Assembly (NCBI GenBank): GCA_965248695.1
Contig: CBDFKD010000002.1
Span: 5,161,691 to 5,225,690, forward strand
DNA length: 64,000 bases
Direction of reading: 5' to 3'
From: Acidobacteriota bacterium
GTDB taxonomy: Bacteria; Acidobacteriota; UBA890; WLXD01
The notes under the pieces are model-generated. The model was not told the DNA's origin and searched no databases. It was given only the letters and a program-made list of their open reading frames with translations. This document shows, piece by piece, positions 39,798 to 50,524 of this stretch; positions within the stretch are counted from its first letter, which is position 1; each line of letters begins with the position of its first letter. Made by a program: the position numbers and the translations under genes.

Positions 39798-40534
39798 TGG
39801 CACGCCACGGTCCCGCCGATGTGTTCCTTACGGTGGATGGCTACGACCTGACGGCCGCGAGTCCACAGCAGCTATCCGAAACGGTCACCGTCCCCACCGT
39901 GCGTACCGATGGGCTGGGAGATGGGTGGCAAAAGCACACGCCCATCGGTGTGCGCCAAGTGGAGCTGAGCATTGAGGGAGCGTTCTTTGATACCGGAGCC
40001 AACAACAGCCACGCGGCGCTAGGGGGCTCGGTGCCGAGCTCGGTGCAGGCGGTACCGCGCCTGCTCGTGTACGGCCCCTCCAGGGGCGTGGGGGATGCGT
40101 GCGTGGGTCTGTCGGGTCTGTATCAGCAGAGTTACCAGGTAATGATGTCGCAAGGCGATCTACACCGAGCCAACGCCACATACCTGGTGACCGGGCAGCG
40201 CGACGAGTGTGTGCTTTTGCAGCCGCTGGAAGCCAAAACGGCCGACTGGAATACCGAGAGCCAGACGCTGGACAACGGTGCCAGTTCGGCCAACGGCGCT
40301 GTGGGGTACCTCGTCGTGAACGCCGCTGCGGGCATCACGGGCTTGTCGGTCAAGATCCGCGACTCGGCCGATAACACAGTGTTCGCAGATCTCATTACGT
40401 TCACCAACAACGTCTCGGCTCCGTTCGCCGAACGCCTCGGTGCAACCGGCACGGTGGATCGCTACATCGCCGTGAGTGGCGCGCTGACGGGTACCGGCTC
40501 GATCACCTCACTGATCGCAATGTCTCGTTTGTAA
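39797..40534 (+). CDS. Major tail (tube) protein
   Basis: Position between head-tail genes and chaperones; 245 aa. Confidence 0.55.
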   Translation: MARHGPADVFLTVDGYDLTAASPQQLSETVTVPTVRTDGLGDGWQKHTPIGVRQVELSIEGAFFDTGANNSHAALGGSVPSSVQAVPRLLVYGPSRGVGDACVGLSGLYQQSYQVMMSQGDLHRANATYLVTGQRDECVLLQPLEAKTADWNTESQTLDNGASSANGAVGYLVVNAAAGITGLSVKIRDSADNTVFADLITFTNNVSAPFAERLGATGTVDRYIAVSGALTGTGSITSLIAMSRL

Positions 40535-40576
40535 TCGACAACAACGGCCCGCAATGCGGGCGGGAGAAAGACAACG

Positions 40577-40999
40577 ATGCCTGGAAAGTACGGCTCCTCA
40601 TCGGTATCGGTGACCATCGAGGATGCTCCCGGTGGGACGGCCCGCGACATCTCCAACTACTTGCTCGAAGGGGTCGATCCACAGATCGAGGCGGCGTTTG
40701 TGGAGACCACCACCTACGGGGATGCCTGGGGAGAGCACACGCCCACGGGCATGAGGATGGTGAACCAGCTCACCTTCAATCTGATCTGGGACACGAGCAC
40801 GAACGGCCCGCACGACATCTTCAAGGATGTCGATGATGGTCCCCAGGATGACGGCCGCGAGGTTGTCATTACGGCCGGTGACGGTAAGACCCTCACGGGC
40901 GATGTGCGGGTGGTGAGCTTCCAGGTGGTGATGAGTGCCGAGGACATCCACAAGGCGGTCGTGGTGCTGCAGCCGACCGGCGCGTGGACCTGGGCGTAA
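40577..40999 (+). CDS. Tail-tube-like paralog
   Basis: …TTYGDAWGEHTPTGMRMVNQLTF… parallels …DGLGDGWQKHTPIGVRQVELSIEG… of previous gene. Confidence 0.4.
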   Translation: MPGKYGSSSVSVTIEDAPGGTARDISNYLLEGVDPQIEAAFVETTTYGDAWGEHTPTGMRMVNQLTFNLIWDTSTNGPHDIFKDVDDGPQDDGREVVITAGDGKTLTGDVRVVSFQVVMSAEDIHKAVVVLQPTGAWTWA

Positions 41000-41028
41000 G
41001 AGCAGCCAAAGACAAAGGAGAAACGTAG

Positions 41029-41436
41029 ATGTTGGTGACAGGAGAGCCCGTACAGCGGGAGATTCCACACGAGCCGGGGCAGCACTTTCTACTCAACCGG
41101 CTCTCGTGGAAGCAGCTGCGCAAAGCGCGCAGCCTGCAGGAGGATTATTCCCGCGAGTCCGCTAAGGCTTGGGGAGCGGAGTTCCTTGAGGTGCTTTCGA
41201 AGGGTGGCGACAGAGCCGAGGGGGAGATTCGCAAGGTGCTCCAAGAGCAGCGCTATCAGGCGGCCAACTACGACACGGGCTATCTGATCGACATGGGCGT
41301 GGCGGCCTGGTCCTACGATGCCTCCTGCGACTCCGAGAACAAGGCGGCGCTGGATGAGCGCACCACACAGTGGGCCGCTCAGGAAATCATCGATCTGACC
41401 ATGCCTCCGTCAGAGGCTCAGGAGGGGGAAGCCTAG
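41029..41436 (+). CDS. Tail assembly chaperone (G-like)
   Basis: Immediately upstream of tape measure gene. Confidence 0.6.
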   Translation: MLVTGEPVQREIPHEPGQHFLLNRLSWKQLRKARSLQEDYSRESAKAWGAEFLEVLSKGGDRAEGEIRKVLQEQRYQAANYDTGYLIDMGVAAWSYDASCDSENKAALDERTTQWAAQEIIDLTMPPSEAQEGEA

Positions 41437-41801
41437 TCCGGCTGTATCGCCACTTCGAGGGTATTGGTGATGAGCCGGTGCCCGAGGCGTGGTTCATCAG
41501 TCGGCTATGTGAGGAGTTTGGATGCACGCCACTGCAGGTGGTGGAGGATCTCGAAAACGACCCGGAGCGCTGGATGCTGCGCATCCTGCCGCTGCGGGCT
41601 TTGGCGCGCGCGTACCAAAGCTACAAGGCGGCTCAATCCAAGAAAGAACTTGGCAAGGCCATCCATCAAGACCCGTGGGTGCGGCGGGTCGTCGAGATCG
41701 ACTTTGCCGAGAAGCGACGGCAGATAGAAGCCAACAAGCAAGGCGGCGACGAGGATGATTCCGATCGGGGTGCTCGAGGCGATCCTGCGGCTGCGGGATG
41801 A
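41029..41801 (+). CDS. Tail assembly chaperone GT-like product via programmed -1 frameshift
   Basis: Frame-3 ORF 41370..41801 overlaps 3' end of G; G-rich run caggagggggaagcc just before G stop. Confidence 0.5.
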
Positions 41802-44800
41802 GATGAGCCCGAAGCTGCAGGTCGCCGGCGAGCAGCTGCAGCAGACGGGCCGGTCCATGACCAGAGTCGGTGCCGGGCTGACGGCGGGGCTGACGTTGCC
41901 CATCGCTGGGGTTGGCATCGCGGCGATTAAGGCGGCGACCGACTTCAACAAGGGAATGGCCAACGTCGCCACGCTGATCCCCGGCAACACCGAGCGTGTC
42001 AAGGAGCTGAAGCGCTCGGTGCAGGACATGGCTGTAGCCACCGGCAAGAGCACGACCGACATCTCAGAAGGTCTGTATCAGGTCGTTTCCGCCTTCGGCG
42101 ATACCGCCGACACGGCGAAGATTCTCCAGACGAACGTCGAAGCCGCAGCAGCTGGCTTGGCCACCACGAGCGAGGCAATTGCGCTTACATCGGCCGTCAC
42201 CAAAGCCTACGGGGACACAAGCGCGGAGGCCGTACAGGCTGCTGCCGACATGGCGTTCGTGACCGTCAAGCTTGGCCAAACATCGTTTCCTGAGCTGGCT
42301 GCGTCTATCGGCAAGGTCGCGATCGGCGCCGCCGGCTTGAAGATCAGCCAGCAAGAACTGAACGCCGTGTTTGCCACGATGACAGGCGTAACCGGCGGCG
42401 CTGCGGAGGTGGCCACGCAGTTCCGCGGCGCGATGACCGGCCTGAAGAAACCGAGCGACGACATGATCGTCGCGCTCGACGAGATCGGTTTCTCAACAGA
42501 GGTGTACGGCGCTCGAGCAGGAGAGGCCGCAGTCGAGAGTCTCGGCTTTCAAGGCACGCTGGCAGCTCTAACGGAGGCCTCGGGCGGCAACGCAGCCGCG
42601 ATGGCGAAGCTGTTCGGGTCAACCGAGAGCTGGGACTTCATCGCCGGCCTCGCAGGCTCGCAGGCCGAGACGTTCGGCAGCAAGTTGGGCGAGTTGGCCG
42701 AGTTCTCTGGTGCGGCAACCGAAGCGCTCAACGAGCAACAACGCGGCGTCAACGAGGCCGGCTTCCATTGGGAGGTGCTGAAGCAGAAGGTGGTCGTGGC
42801 TGCGCAGAAGTTCGGAGACGAGCTCTTGCCGATCGTGATGCGCGTCGGGGAGAGTTTGCGACCGTTGTTGGACATGGTGCTCCGGGGCGCGGAATGGTTC
42901 GGCAAGCTGCCGGTGCCGGTGCAGACGGCAGGGGTGATGTTAGCGGGGCTGGCGGCGGCGGCGGGGCCGGTGCTGATCGTGCTCGGAACGATGGCCTCCT
43001 CGATTGGAACGCTACTGCCGCTGCTTACAGGAGCAGGTTTGGCGGGAGCGGCAAGCAGCGTCATTGCTGTCCTTACTGGCCCGGTGGGGTGGGTTCTGGC
43101 GATCGGCGCCGTGGTCAGTGCCCTCGGTTTTCTCGTGCTCAAGGTACAGGAATCGAATCGGATTCTCGAAGAACACAAGCGTCGGGCCGAAGAGATTTCG
43201 GAGGCGGCGCGCGACTACGAACGCGAGGCGCAGCTGCTTGCCGGCACCTTTCGCGGTGCTCTGAGTCAGGGGCTGGATGCGGCGCGTCAGGCGACCGATG
43301 AATATCTCGACTCGCTGGAACTTGGCGCCGAAGGTGTCGTGGAGCTTTCCAGTGGCCTGCGGCTGCTGCTGAACGACAACAAGCTAACGAGAGAGCAGTT
43401 CAATGAGCTGTCCGGTGCGCTCGCCGAGTACCGGCAGCGGTCCAAGGATGCTGCTTTACAGCTACCAATTTTGAGTGCGGAACAGGATCGAGCTAGGGAG
43501 GCGGCAAGGCTTCTCGCAGAGGCGCTGGAGGGCTTCACGCTTGCCGAAGATGTTGCCAAGGATATCGACAAGCTGCGCCTAGCGGTCGAGTCCGCTGAAG
43601 CGCCGACCGTGCAGTTGGAGGCCGCTTGGAAGGACCTGGTAGCAAAGATGCAAGAGGCCGGATTGGAGATACCGGTCTCCATGAGCGCCATCGCCGACAG
43701 CCTCAATATCGTCGAGCGGAGCTTCGAGCGCGCCCGCGAGGAACAGGAAAAGCGATGGGACACAGCCAACCTCAAAGCGCTGAATGATGGATTCGACCAG
43801 CTCCAAACCGAGCTGCTTGAAGCCGAAAAAGCTGCGCTCCAAGCCGGGGAAGCGCTGAAGAATTTTGTTATCCAGCCGCCGGACCCGAGCACCATCCCAC
43901 AAATCGATGCTGTCACCCTGGCGGCCGAGAGGCTCGGGCTTAAGGCGGTCAACGTCGAGGAGCTGAATAAGAGCTTTGCTGACCTGCAAGCCGTCGTTGC
44001 AGCTGGGGGCTTCGCCCCATCGGATCTGAAGCGCATCTACGACGATCTGTACCGGACGTTCCAACAGCTGGGGCCATTGACCGACGAGCAGGCCGCTGCA
44101 TTTGAACGGCTCCGCGGGCAGATCGAGCAACAACCAAACCTGTCGTTTTTCGGCAAGATCGGCGATTCGCTCAAGTCCGTCTTTGGCAAGCTGGCAGAGC
44201 TGGGCTCGGTGTTCACCAACGCACTCGGGACGCTGTTCACGGATGGCTTAAGCGGCGCTCTAGGAGCTCTCCAAACCGGCCTGTCGCAGCTGCTGTCCAA
44301 GGCGTTCAACAGCGTCATTCCGGGGTTGGGTACCTTGGCGGCACCGCTGATCTCGGCGATCGAGAACCTGCTCTCCGGCATGTTCGGCAAGGCCCACGCG
44401 GCCGATCACGTAGCCGAGCAGTTTGGCATCGCCCTGTCCGACGGGCTCGCCAAGGCCATCGACGACCTCGCCGCCAGTCAGTTCCAAGGCAACTTCGATG
44501 CGGCTTTCCGCTCGATGATGGCGCAGGCGATCCAAGAGGCTTCGATCACCACAGAGGCGGAGCTATCCAAGTGGGTCACGCTGACCCATCAGATCCTCTC
44601 GTCTGTGGACGAGGGGTTCATGAGCCTGCAGCAGGCCGTCGAGTCGATGTCGGACTCCTGGTTGGCTCTGGTGCCCGCGATGGAGGCGACGGGAGCGTCG
44701 GCGATGGGCCTGCAGGCGCAGATATCGGATCTGATATCTCGGGGCGTTGACCTGGACACGCTCGCCACACAGCTGCAGCCTGTGATCTCGGCGATGTTCG

Positions 44801-46611
44801 ATTCCGGCATCTCCGGAGCGCAAGAGCTCGTGGACTGGCTCAACACCATGGGTGTGGAGATCGACGGCGTTGCCACGAGCGCCGAGGCCGCCGTCGCCGC
44901 CATCGAGGCCGCGTTCGGTGCCGGTGACTTCAGCGCCATGAGTACCGCGATCCGCGACGCGATCGCGGCGGGTGTTGATCTGTCGAGTCTACAAGGGCTG
45001 CTGACGGACGTGATGGCCCAGTACAAGGACCTGGTACTGGGAGCCTCCCAGGAAGTTGTCGCCGGGGTGGAGGCGCTGTTTGCCACCGTACGGCGAGAAG
45101 TCGAGGTGCTGGCCGAGGACGGCTCTACCCAGACCATCGAGCAGCTGCGGCTCACCAAGCGGGAGGCGGAGTTTGCCGCCTCGGCCCTGCTGGTCACCTT
45201 CGAGCAGATGCGTGCCGCTGGCGTGCCGCTCACAGAGATCTTCGAGGCCATGGGAGATCAGATCACCCAGTTGGCTGACAACTTCAAAGGCGCACTGCCC
45301 CCGGTGCTCGCCGAGGTGGACGCGCTGTTTTCGGCCATGCAGGGGAGCGCCGCCAAGGCGATCGAGAAGGTTGACGCCATCGGCGGCTCTATCGGCGCGC
45401 TGGGGGAAATGGGCCTGCTGAGCGCCGGGCAGCTGGATTTCTTTGGCGACAAGATCGACCGCGCCTACGCCAAGCTCATCGAAGGCGGTGCGGGCTCGGA
45501 GCAAGCGATGGCGCTGCTTGGGCCGCAGCTGCGGCAGCTGATTGACCTGTCCGAGCAATACGGTTTCAAGATCGACCGCAACACCCGGGCGCTGATCGAT
45601 CAGGCTGATGCGTCGGGTCTGCTTCCGCCAGCGATCGAGCCGGTCGAGGATATCTTCGGCGACATCCGCTCGGTGATCATCCTGTTGGCTGAGTCGCTCG
45701 GTGTGCAGGTACCGGCAGCGATCAAGCAGGCAGCAGATGCGGCGCAAGAGGCTGAGAACCGGATCAAGAGCCCCTTCAAGCGCGCCTTCATGGAGATGGC
45801 CGCGGATGCCGGCTGGGCAGCGCGAGAGACGCGCGGGGTATGGAGACAGCTGTCGCCGGATCTGCGGCGCGTGTTCGAGGAGGGTGGTGAAGTTGGCCGC
45901 GCCCAGTTCAAACAAATCGCCATGGCCGCCGGGCTGAGCGCGGCACAGGTGCGGCAGCTGTGGGGCTCGGACATGCGCACCGTCGAAGACATCTTCGGCC
46001 ACGCCGGAACGACCGGCGAGGAGGAAAACGTCAAGGTGGGCGAGGCGGCCGAGCGCGAGGCGAAGCGGTCGGCGCGCGAGATGCGCATCGCATTCATCGA
46101 CCGGGTCATCCCGGCGCTGCGCCGCATCGGACAGGTCGGTGAGATTGAGGCGAAGCGGCTGGGGGACGCGTTCGTGGGGGCGGCAAAGGACTCTGCGGCC
46201 GAGTGGGAAGCGACGCAGCGAGCCACCGTCGGTAACTCTTCGATTCTGGATATCTCACGACGCGGCATCGAAGCGGCCGAGGTGCTCGGTGGTAGTCAGG
46301 TCGAAGCGGCCATGCGTGCCGCGCACACCTGGAGCCTCGCCTCGGACACGATTGCCCGGTCGATGAACCGTACGGAATCAGCGGTTTCCGCGATTCCCTC
46401 GTCGGTGTCCGTGTCGGTGGGCACGGGGCCAAGGGATTCGATTCCCGCACCGGTCGCGGCTGCATCGGCCCCCGCACCATCCAGGCGCCCCGACGAGACG
46501 TTATTGCGCGAACTGCTCCATGAGCTCCGTGCGCTCCGGCAGGACCAGCGCACCTACTTGCCGGACGCGCTGCGCACCGCTGCCCGGCACGGGAAGCAGA
46601 CGAGCAGCTGA
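41755..46611 (+). CDS. Tail tape measure protein (1618 aa)
   Basis: Very long Ala/Gly/Leu-rich helical protein with TM segments mid-protein. Confidence 0.9.
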   Translation: MIPIGVLEAILRLRDEMSPKLQVAGEQLQQTGRSMTRVGAGLTAGLTLPIAGVGIAAIKAATDFNKGMANVATLIPGNTERVKELKRSVQDMAVATGKSTTDISEGLYQVVSAFGDTADTAKILQTNVEAAAAGLATTSEAIALTSAVTKAYGDTSAEAVQAAADMAFVTVKLGQTSFPELAASIGKVAIGAAGLKISQQELNAVFATMTGVTGGAAEVATQFRGAMTGLKKPSDDMIVALDEIGFSTEVYGARAGEAAVESLGFQGTLAALTEASGGNAAAMAKLFGSTESWDFIAGLAGSQAETFGSKLGELAEFSGAATEALNEQQRGVNEAGFHWEVLKQKVVVAAQKFGDELLPIVMRVGESLRPLLDMVLRGAEWFGKLPVPVQTAGVMLAGLAAAAGPVLIVLGTMASSIGTLLPLLTGAGLAGAASSVIAVLTGPVGWVLAIGAVVSALGFLVLKVQESNRILEEHKRRAEEISEAARDYEREAQLLAGTFRGALSQGLDAARQATDEYLDSLELGAEGVVELSSGLRLLLNDNKLTREQFNELSGALAEYRQRSKDAALQLPILSAEQDRAREAARLLAEALEGFTLAEDVAKDIDKLRLAVESAEAPTVQLEAAWKDLVAKMQEAGLEIPVSMSAIADSLNIVERSFERAREEQEKRWDTANLKALNDGFDQLQTELLEAEKAALQAGEALKNFVIQPPDPSTIPQIDAVTLAAERLGLKAVNVEELNKSFADLQAVVAAGGFAPSDLKRIYDDLYRTFQQLGPLTDEQAAAFERLRGQIEQQPNLSFFGKIGDSLKSVFGKLAELGSVFTNALGTLFTDGLSGALGALQTGLSQLLSKAFNSVIPGLGTLAAPLISAIENLLSGMFGKAHAADHVAEQFGIALSDGLAKAIDDLAASQFQGNFDAAFRSMMAQAIQEASITTEAELSKWVTLTHQILSSVDEGFMSLQQAVESMSDSWLALVPAMEATGASAMGLQAQISDLISRGVDLDTLATQLQPVISAMFDSGISGAQELVDWLNTMGVEIDGVATSAEAAVAAIEAAFGAGDFSAMSTAIRDAIAAGVDLSSLQGLLTDVMAQYKDLVLGASQEVVAGVEALFATVRREVEVLAEDGSTQTIEQLRLTKREAEFAASALLVTFEQMRAAGVPLTEIFEAMGDQITQLADNFKGALPPVLAEVDALFSAMQGSAAKAIEKVDAIGGSIGALGEMGLLSAGQLDFFGDKIDRAYAKLIEGGAGSEQAMALLGPQLRQLIDLSEQYGFKIDRNTRALIDQADASGLLPPAIEPVEDIFGDIRSVIILLAESLGVQVPAAIKQAADAAQEAENRIKSPFKRAFMEMAADAGWAARETRGVWRQLSPDLRRVFEEGGEVGRAQFKQIAMAAGLSAAQVRQLWGSDMRTVEDIFGHAGTTGEEENVKVGEAAEREAKRSAREMRIAFIDRVIPALRRIGQVGEIEAKRLGDAFVGAAKDSAAEWEATQRATVGNSSILDISRRGIEAAEVLGGSQVEAAMRAAHTWSLASDTIARSMNRTESAVSAIPSSVSVSVGTGPRDSIPAPVAAASAPAPSRRPDETLLRELLHELRALRQDQRTYLPDALRTAARHGKQTSS

Positions 46612-48158
46612 TGGCGGAGGTGGCGATGGAGTTTTACCTGTCAGGATCCTGGAGGGACGTGAGCGTCGACGTGCTCGCTGCCCACCCGATCAGCTGGCAG
46701 CGCGGCATTCCCGGCTCCGGGCCGCAAGATCTGATCGGGCAGCCGGGTCGCATGAACTGGGTGATGAACAACGGCAACAACTCCGGCGGTGTTGCCGGCT
46801 ACTACTCACCCGGGCACGCCAGCGTGCGGACCGGGTTCAAGCACGGTATGCGTGTACGGCTGACGATCGATGCAGGCAACGACTCCGCCGGCAACAACGT
46901 CAGCCGCACCGTGTTCGCCGGCAAGCTCAAGGAGGCCAACCCGATACCGGGCGCCTACACGGTGCACGAAACACACTGCATCGCCTGTGACTGGCTGGAG
47001 GACCTGGCGGATCTGAAGGACGTGCGCCTGAGCCTACGGGAAAACGTTCGCTCCGATCAGTTAATCGATGACCTCGTGGCGCTAGTGGCCATGGCGCCGA
47101 CCAGCAAGAGCCTCGATGTGGGCATCGACACCTACACGTTCGCCTTTGACGATCTCGGGGACAAAGATCCCAGCCCGATGTCGCTGGCGCACGCCATCTG
47201 CATGAGCGAACGGGGCTACCTGTATGTGCGGGGTAACACGACCGATGGCGAGACGCTGCGGTTCGAAAACCGTCACGCGCGCGCCACCAAGAGCCTGGAT
47301 TTGACGCTCACCGCCTCGCAGGTGCGCGACATCCGCGTGCCTTCGGCCATGGATCGGATCTACAACCACGTCGAAGCGACGGCCCACCCGCGCAACAAGG
47401 GCAGCACCATCATCGTGCTCGTGAGCCTGGATGAAGAGATCGAACTCCGATCTGGACAGACCGTTGAACTGTTCGTCGCCTACACCGATCCGAACAACAA
47501 GGACGCCCGTATAGGTGGCGCCAACATGGTCGCACCGGTATCGGGTACTGATTACACGGCCCGTGACGCCGCCAACGGTGGGGGGAGTCTCATCACCTCC
47601 CAGTTTGACCTATCCGACACGGAGTTTCAGGGCTCCGGGTGCAATATCGTGGCCACCAATAACGCCGACAAAACAGGCTACCTGCGAGGCCCCGGCACCA
47701 GCCCAGGCATGCAGATACGGGGCAAGCCGCTGTATCGGTACTCGCCCGTATCGCAGCGCGGCAAAGGCTCCACCGACAGCATCACCGACTACGGAGAGCG
47801 GTGGTTGCGCATCGACATGCCCTACCAGGACAACGTTCTGGTGGCGCAAGACGTAGCGAACTTCACCGCCAACGTCTATGACGGGATCCTCAACACGCCG
47901 ACCGAAGTGTCACCAATGACCGAGAGGCCTGCTCTGTTGGTGTCCTGTCTGCCGGTGGATATTGGCTCGCGCATCAAGGTGACCGAGGCGCAGTCCGGGG
48001 TGGATGGCGCGGAGGTGTTCATCAACGGCGTCCGCGGTCGGGTGCTCAACAAGACGGTGAGCTTGGAGTGGATTGTGGCCCCGGCTGATACGACCGCCGT
48101 GTTCATTCTGGATGATCCGGTGGCCGGGATCCTGGACGCCAACGCACTGGGGTACTGA
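46611..48158 (+). CDS. Distal tail protein (Dit-like)
   Basis: Position directly after tape measure gene; 515 aa. Confidence 0.6.
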   Translation: MAEVAMEFYLSGSWRDVSVDVLAAHPISWQRGIPGSGPQDLIGQPGRMNWVMNNGNNSGGVAGYYSPGHASVRTGFKHGMRVRLTIDAGNDSAGNNVSRTVFAGKLKEANPIPGAYTVHETHCIACDWLEDLADLKDVRLSLRENVRSDQLIDDLVALVAMAPTSKSLDVGIDTYTFAFDDLGDKDPSPMSLAHAICMSERGYLYVRGNTTDGETLRFENRHARATKSLDLTLTASQVRDIRVPSAMDRIYNHVEATAHPRNKGSTIIVLVSLDEEIELRSGQTVELFVAYTDPNNKDARIGGANMVAPVSGTDYTARDAANGGGSLITSQFDLSDTEFQGSGCNIVATNNADKTGYLRGPGTSPGMQIRGKPLYRYSPVSQRGKGSTDSITDYGERWLRIDMPYQDNVLVAQDVANFTANVYDGILNTPTEVSPMTERPALLVSCLPVDIGSRIKVTEAQSGVDGAEVFINGVRGRVLNKTVSLEWIVAPADTTAVFILDDPVAGILDANALGY

Positions 48159-48553
48159 TGATGCACCGCTACATACTGGGCATTCGGGACCAGCACTTGG
48201 TCGTTGACGAGACCAGGTTGCTTGCCAAGCTCGACCAACAGGTCGCCAAGTCACAGCGTCTGGGAGCGCGCATCCAGGTGCACCCGGAGGGCGAGGAGAT
48301 TGTGGCGTACTGCAACCACGGCCGCTGGGTGGCGGACTGCCCGTGCGGCGGGGGCGTGGCGGTGGAGCCGGAGTTTGACAAGGCAGCCTGCTTCGGGTGC
48401 GGGGCGGTGTACTCGTCAGTCCGGTTCCCTCGGCACCGTGACCAGATCGAGCGACAGCTGCTGAAGCGTCCCCGGATGGACAACCGCAACTGGGAGCCGG
48501 GCGAGACGGTACGGCAGCTGCGTCGGGACAACCGCAGCCGGGGGATCAGGTAG
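48158..48553 (+). CDS. Cys-rich hypothetical protein
   Basis: CNHGRWVADCPCGGG…CFGCG. Confidence 0.4.
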   Translation: MMHRYILGIRDQHLVVDETRLLAKLDQQVAKSQRLGARIQVHPEGEEIVAYCNHGRWVADCPCGGGVAVEPEFDKAACFGCGAVYSSVRFPRHRDQIERQLLKRPRMDNRNWEPGETVRQLRRDNRSRGIR

Positions 48554-49801
48554 ATGGCCTGGACGACTCCCAAGACATTCGTGGCCGGTGCCGTGCTGAC
48601 GGCGGCGGAGCTGAACACGCATATGCGTGACAACCTGAACCATCTGTTCGACAGCATCGACGATGTCGGCACGCTCTTCAACATCGCCTCCAAGACGGCT
48701 GCCTACACCGCCACCACCGCCGACACGGTACTGCTGTGCGATGCCTCCTCGGGTGCCTTCACTCTCACGCTGCCGGCAGCCTCGGGCAACGCTGGGCTGT
48801 ACTACCTGATCAAGAAGATCGACTCCTCCGCCAACGCCATCACCATCGATGCCAACGGCTCAGAGACCATCGATGGGGCCACGACCTACGTGTCGGAGAT
48901 GGAGGATCAAGCGGTACTGATCGTTTGCGATGGCTCCAACTGGGAGACGCTATCGCACACCGCCAACAGTCTGCTGAACGTGGTCTCCAAGACCAGCGCC
49001 TATACGGCCTCGGCCACCGTAGACCAGGTGATCTTGTGCGATGCTTCTTCGGCAGCTTTCACCCTCACGCTGCCAGCCGCTTCGAGCAACGCCGGGGTGT
49101 ACCTGTACATCAAAAAGATCGACTCCTCCGCCAACGCGGTGACGATCGATGGCAATGCCTCAGAGACCATCGATGGGGCCACCACGTTCGTGGTGAACTA
49201 CGAGGATCAGGCCGTTGTCCTCGCGTGCGACGGGACCAACTGGGAGACGCTAGCGCGGACCAGCACGCCGGTCTCCGCAATGGCCTTGATCGCCGCGGCG
49301 ACGCCAGCCAGCGGAACGATCTCGATGAGCTCCCTCACCACCACCGACTACGACGCGCTGTGGCTGGTGGTTACGGGTCTGGAGTCCGATACCGATCAGG
49401 ATGAAGTAGAGATGCAGCTCAATGCCACCACCGCGGGCTACCACTATGCGGACGAGATCGTCAGCGAGACGACCATCGAGCAATCCTTCGGCGCCGGCAA
49501 CGCCGGCTCGATCAAGCTGCTGTCCAATAGCGTCGGGGCCCGGAGGCTGGGCAATGCCGCCGATGAGGGGGCGTTCTTTTCGGTCTGGATCGACAACGAC
49601 CACCACGCCAACGAGTTTCTGGTGTTTTACCAAGGCTCCTATGTGGACGCTGACGGCAGGCTCTGGTCCTCGCTCGGCGGCAGCGGCTGGGTGGATCTGG
49701 GCACCGCCACCTCGATCACGCAGATTGACATCAAGGCCACCACGGGCAACCTGGATGCAGGCACAGCACGTTTGTACGGGCTCCGAAAGGCGGCGGCATG
49801 A
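48554..49801 (+). CDS. Tail fiber/receptor-binding protein with internal about 110-aa tandem repeat
   Basis: Typical N-terminus MAWTTPKTFVAGAVLTAAELNTHMRDNLN; repeated KTxAYTA…LCDASS.AFTLTLPAAS.NAG.Y..IKKIDSSANA.TID.N.SETIDGATT. Confidence 0.65.
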   Translation: MAWTTPKTFVAGAVLTAAELNTHMRDNLNHLFDSIDDVGTLFNIASKTAAYTATTADTVLLCDASSGAFTLTLPAASGNAGLYYLIKKIDSSANAITIDANGSETIDGATTYVSEMEDQAVLIVCDGSNWETLSHTANSLLNVVSKTSAYTASATVDQVILCDASSAAFTLTLPAASSNAGVYLYIKKIDSSANAVTIDGNASETIDGATTFVVNYEDQAVVLACDGTNWETLARTSTPVSAMALIAAATPASGTISMSSLTTTDYDALWLVVTGLESDTDQDEVEMQLNATTAGYHYADEIVSETTIEQSFGAGNAGSIKLLSNSVGARRLGNAADEGAFFSVWIDNDHHANEFLVFYQGSYVDADGRLWSSLGGSGWVDLGTATSITQIDIKATTGNLDAGTARLYGLRKAAA

Positions 49802-50226
49802 ACTACAAGCTCCTGGTGCGGGATGAGGACGGAGAGATCCTGGCCTCAAGGCGCGCACCGAAACAGCCGGATGGCTCCTATGAAGGGCAGCCCCTGGACT
49901 ACGTCGCGCCCAACGATCCGAAGGCCGTGCGCTACGGCATCGACGAGGTTGTGGCCACGGACGTGTGGACGGGCTCCGGCGCCCTGCGCTCCGGCTACTC
50001 GGTGGTTGTGATCGACTCCGCAGTGCACCCGAAGATGACAGCGCACAAGGTGCTGGAGGGGCAGCTGGTGGACAAGAGTGCCTCGGAGCGGGAGGCTTCG
50101 GAGCGGGCCTCCAAGCCGGCCGAGGAGCGCCGGCGCGAGGATGCGCTCGCGTGGCTGGCAGAAAACCCCGATGCGTTGGTGCCCGCCTCACGAGTGTTGC
50201 AGTTGATGGGGCAGGCGGATGCATGA
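49798..50226 (+). CDS. Hypothetical phage protein
   Basis: 142 aa. Confidence 0.4.
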   Translation: MNYKLLVRDEDGEILASRRAPKQPDGSYEGQPLDYVAPNDPKAVRYGIDEVVATDVWTGSGALRSGYSVVVIDSAVHPKMTAHKVLEGQLVDKSASEREASERASKPAEERRREDALAWLAENPDALVPASRVLQLMGQADA

Positions 50227-50440
50227 GGGGGTCGCGCAGCTGGACTACGAGGCTCTGGAGCGGCTGTATTGGCAGCTACCGGAGCCGATGCGGAGCCAGT
50301 TTCAGCAGCAACCGTGCATCCAGAAGGTACGGTGCCCACAGTGCCAGAGTCGACTGCTTGATCTACGAGGTAGCATCGCGCACATTAAGTGCAGGTGCGG
50401 CAAGGTCCACAAGCTGGGCCGGCTGAGCCTGACAATCTAA
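50219..50440 (+). CDS. Small zinc-ribbon protein
   Basis: CPQC…CRC. Confidence 0.35.
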   Translation: MHEGVAQLDYEALERLYWQLPEPMRSQFQQQPCIQKVRCPQCQSRLLDLRGSIAHIKCRCGKVHKLGRLSLTI

Positions 50441-50481
50441 GAGCCCCGAGAGGGCCTAAAACCTAACCGAGACCCGAGAGG

Positions 50482-50509
50482 TCCAGGCGTATTCGCCTGG
50501 GCCTTTTTG
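50482..50509 (+). terminator. Intrinsic terminator (hairpin ccaggcg-tatt-cgcctgg followed by cctttttgt)
   Basis: GC stem + T tract directly read. Confidence 0.7.
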
Positions 50510-50524
50510 TATGCAGAGACTCCG

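Noticed and set aside
41370-41801. Independent 143-aa gene
   Set aside because: More likely the -1 frameshift extension of the tail chaperone (G/GT arrangement) than a separately initiated gene.
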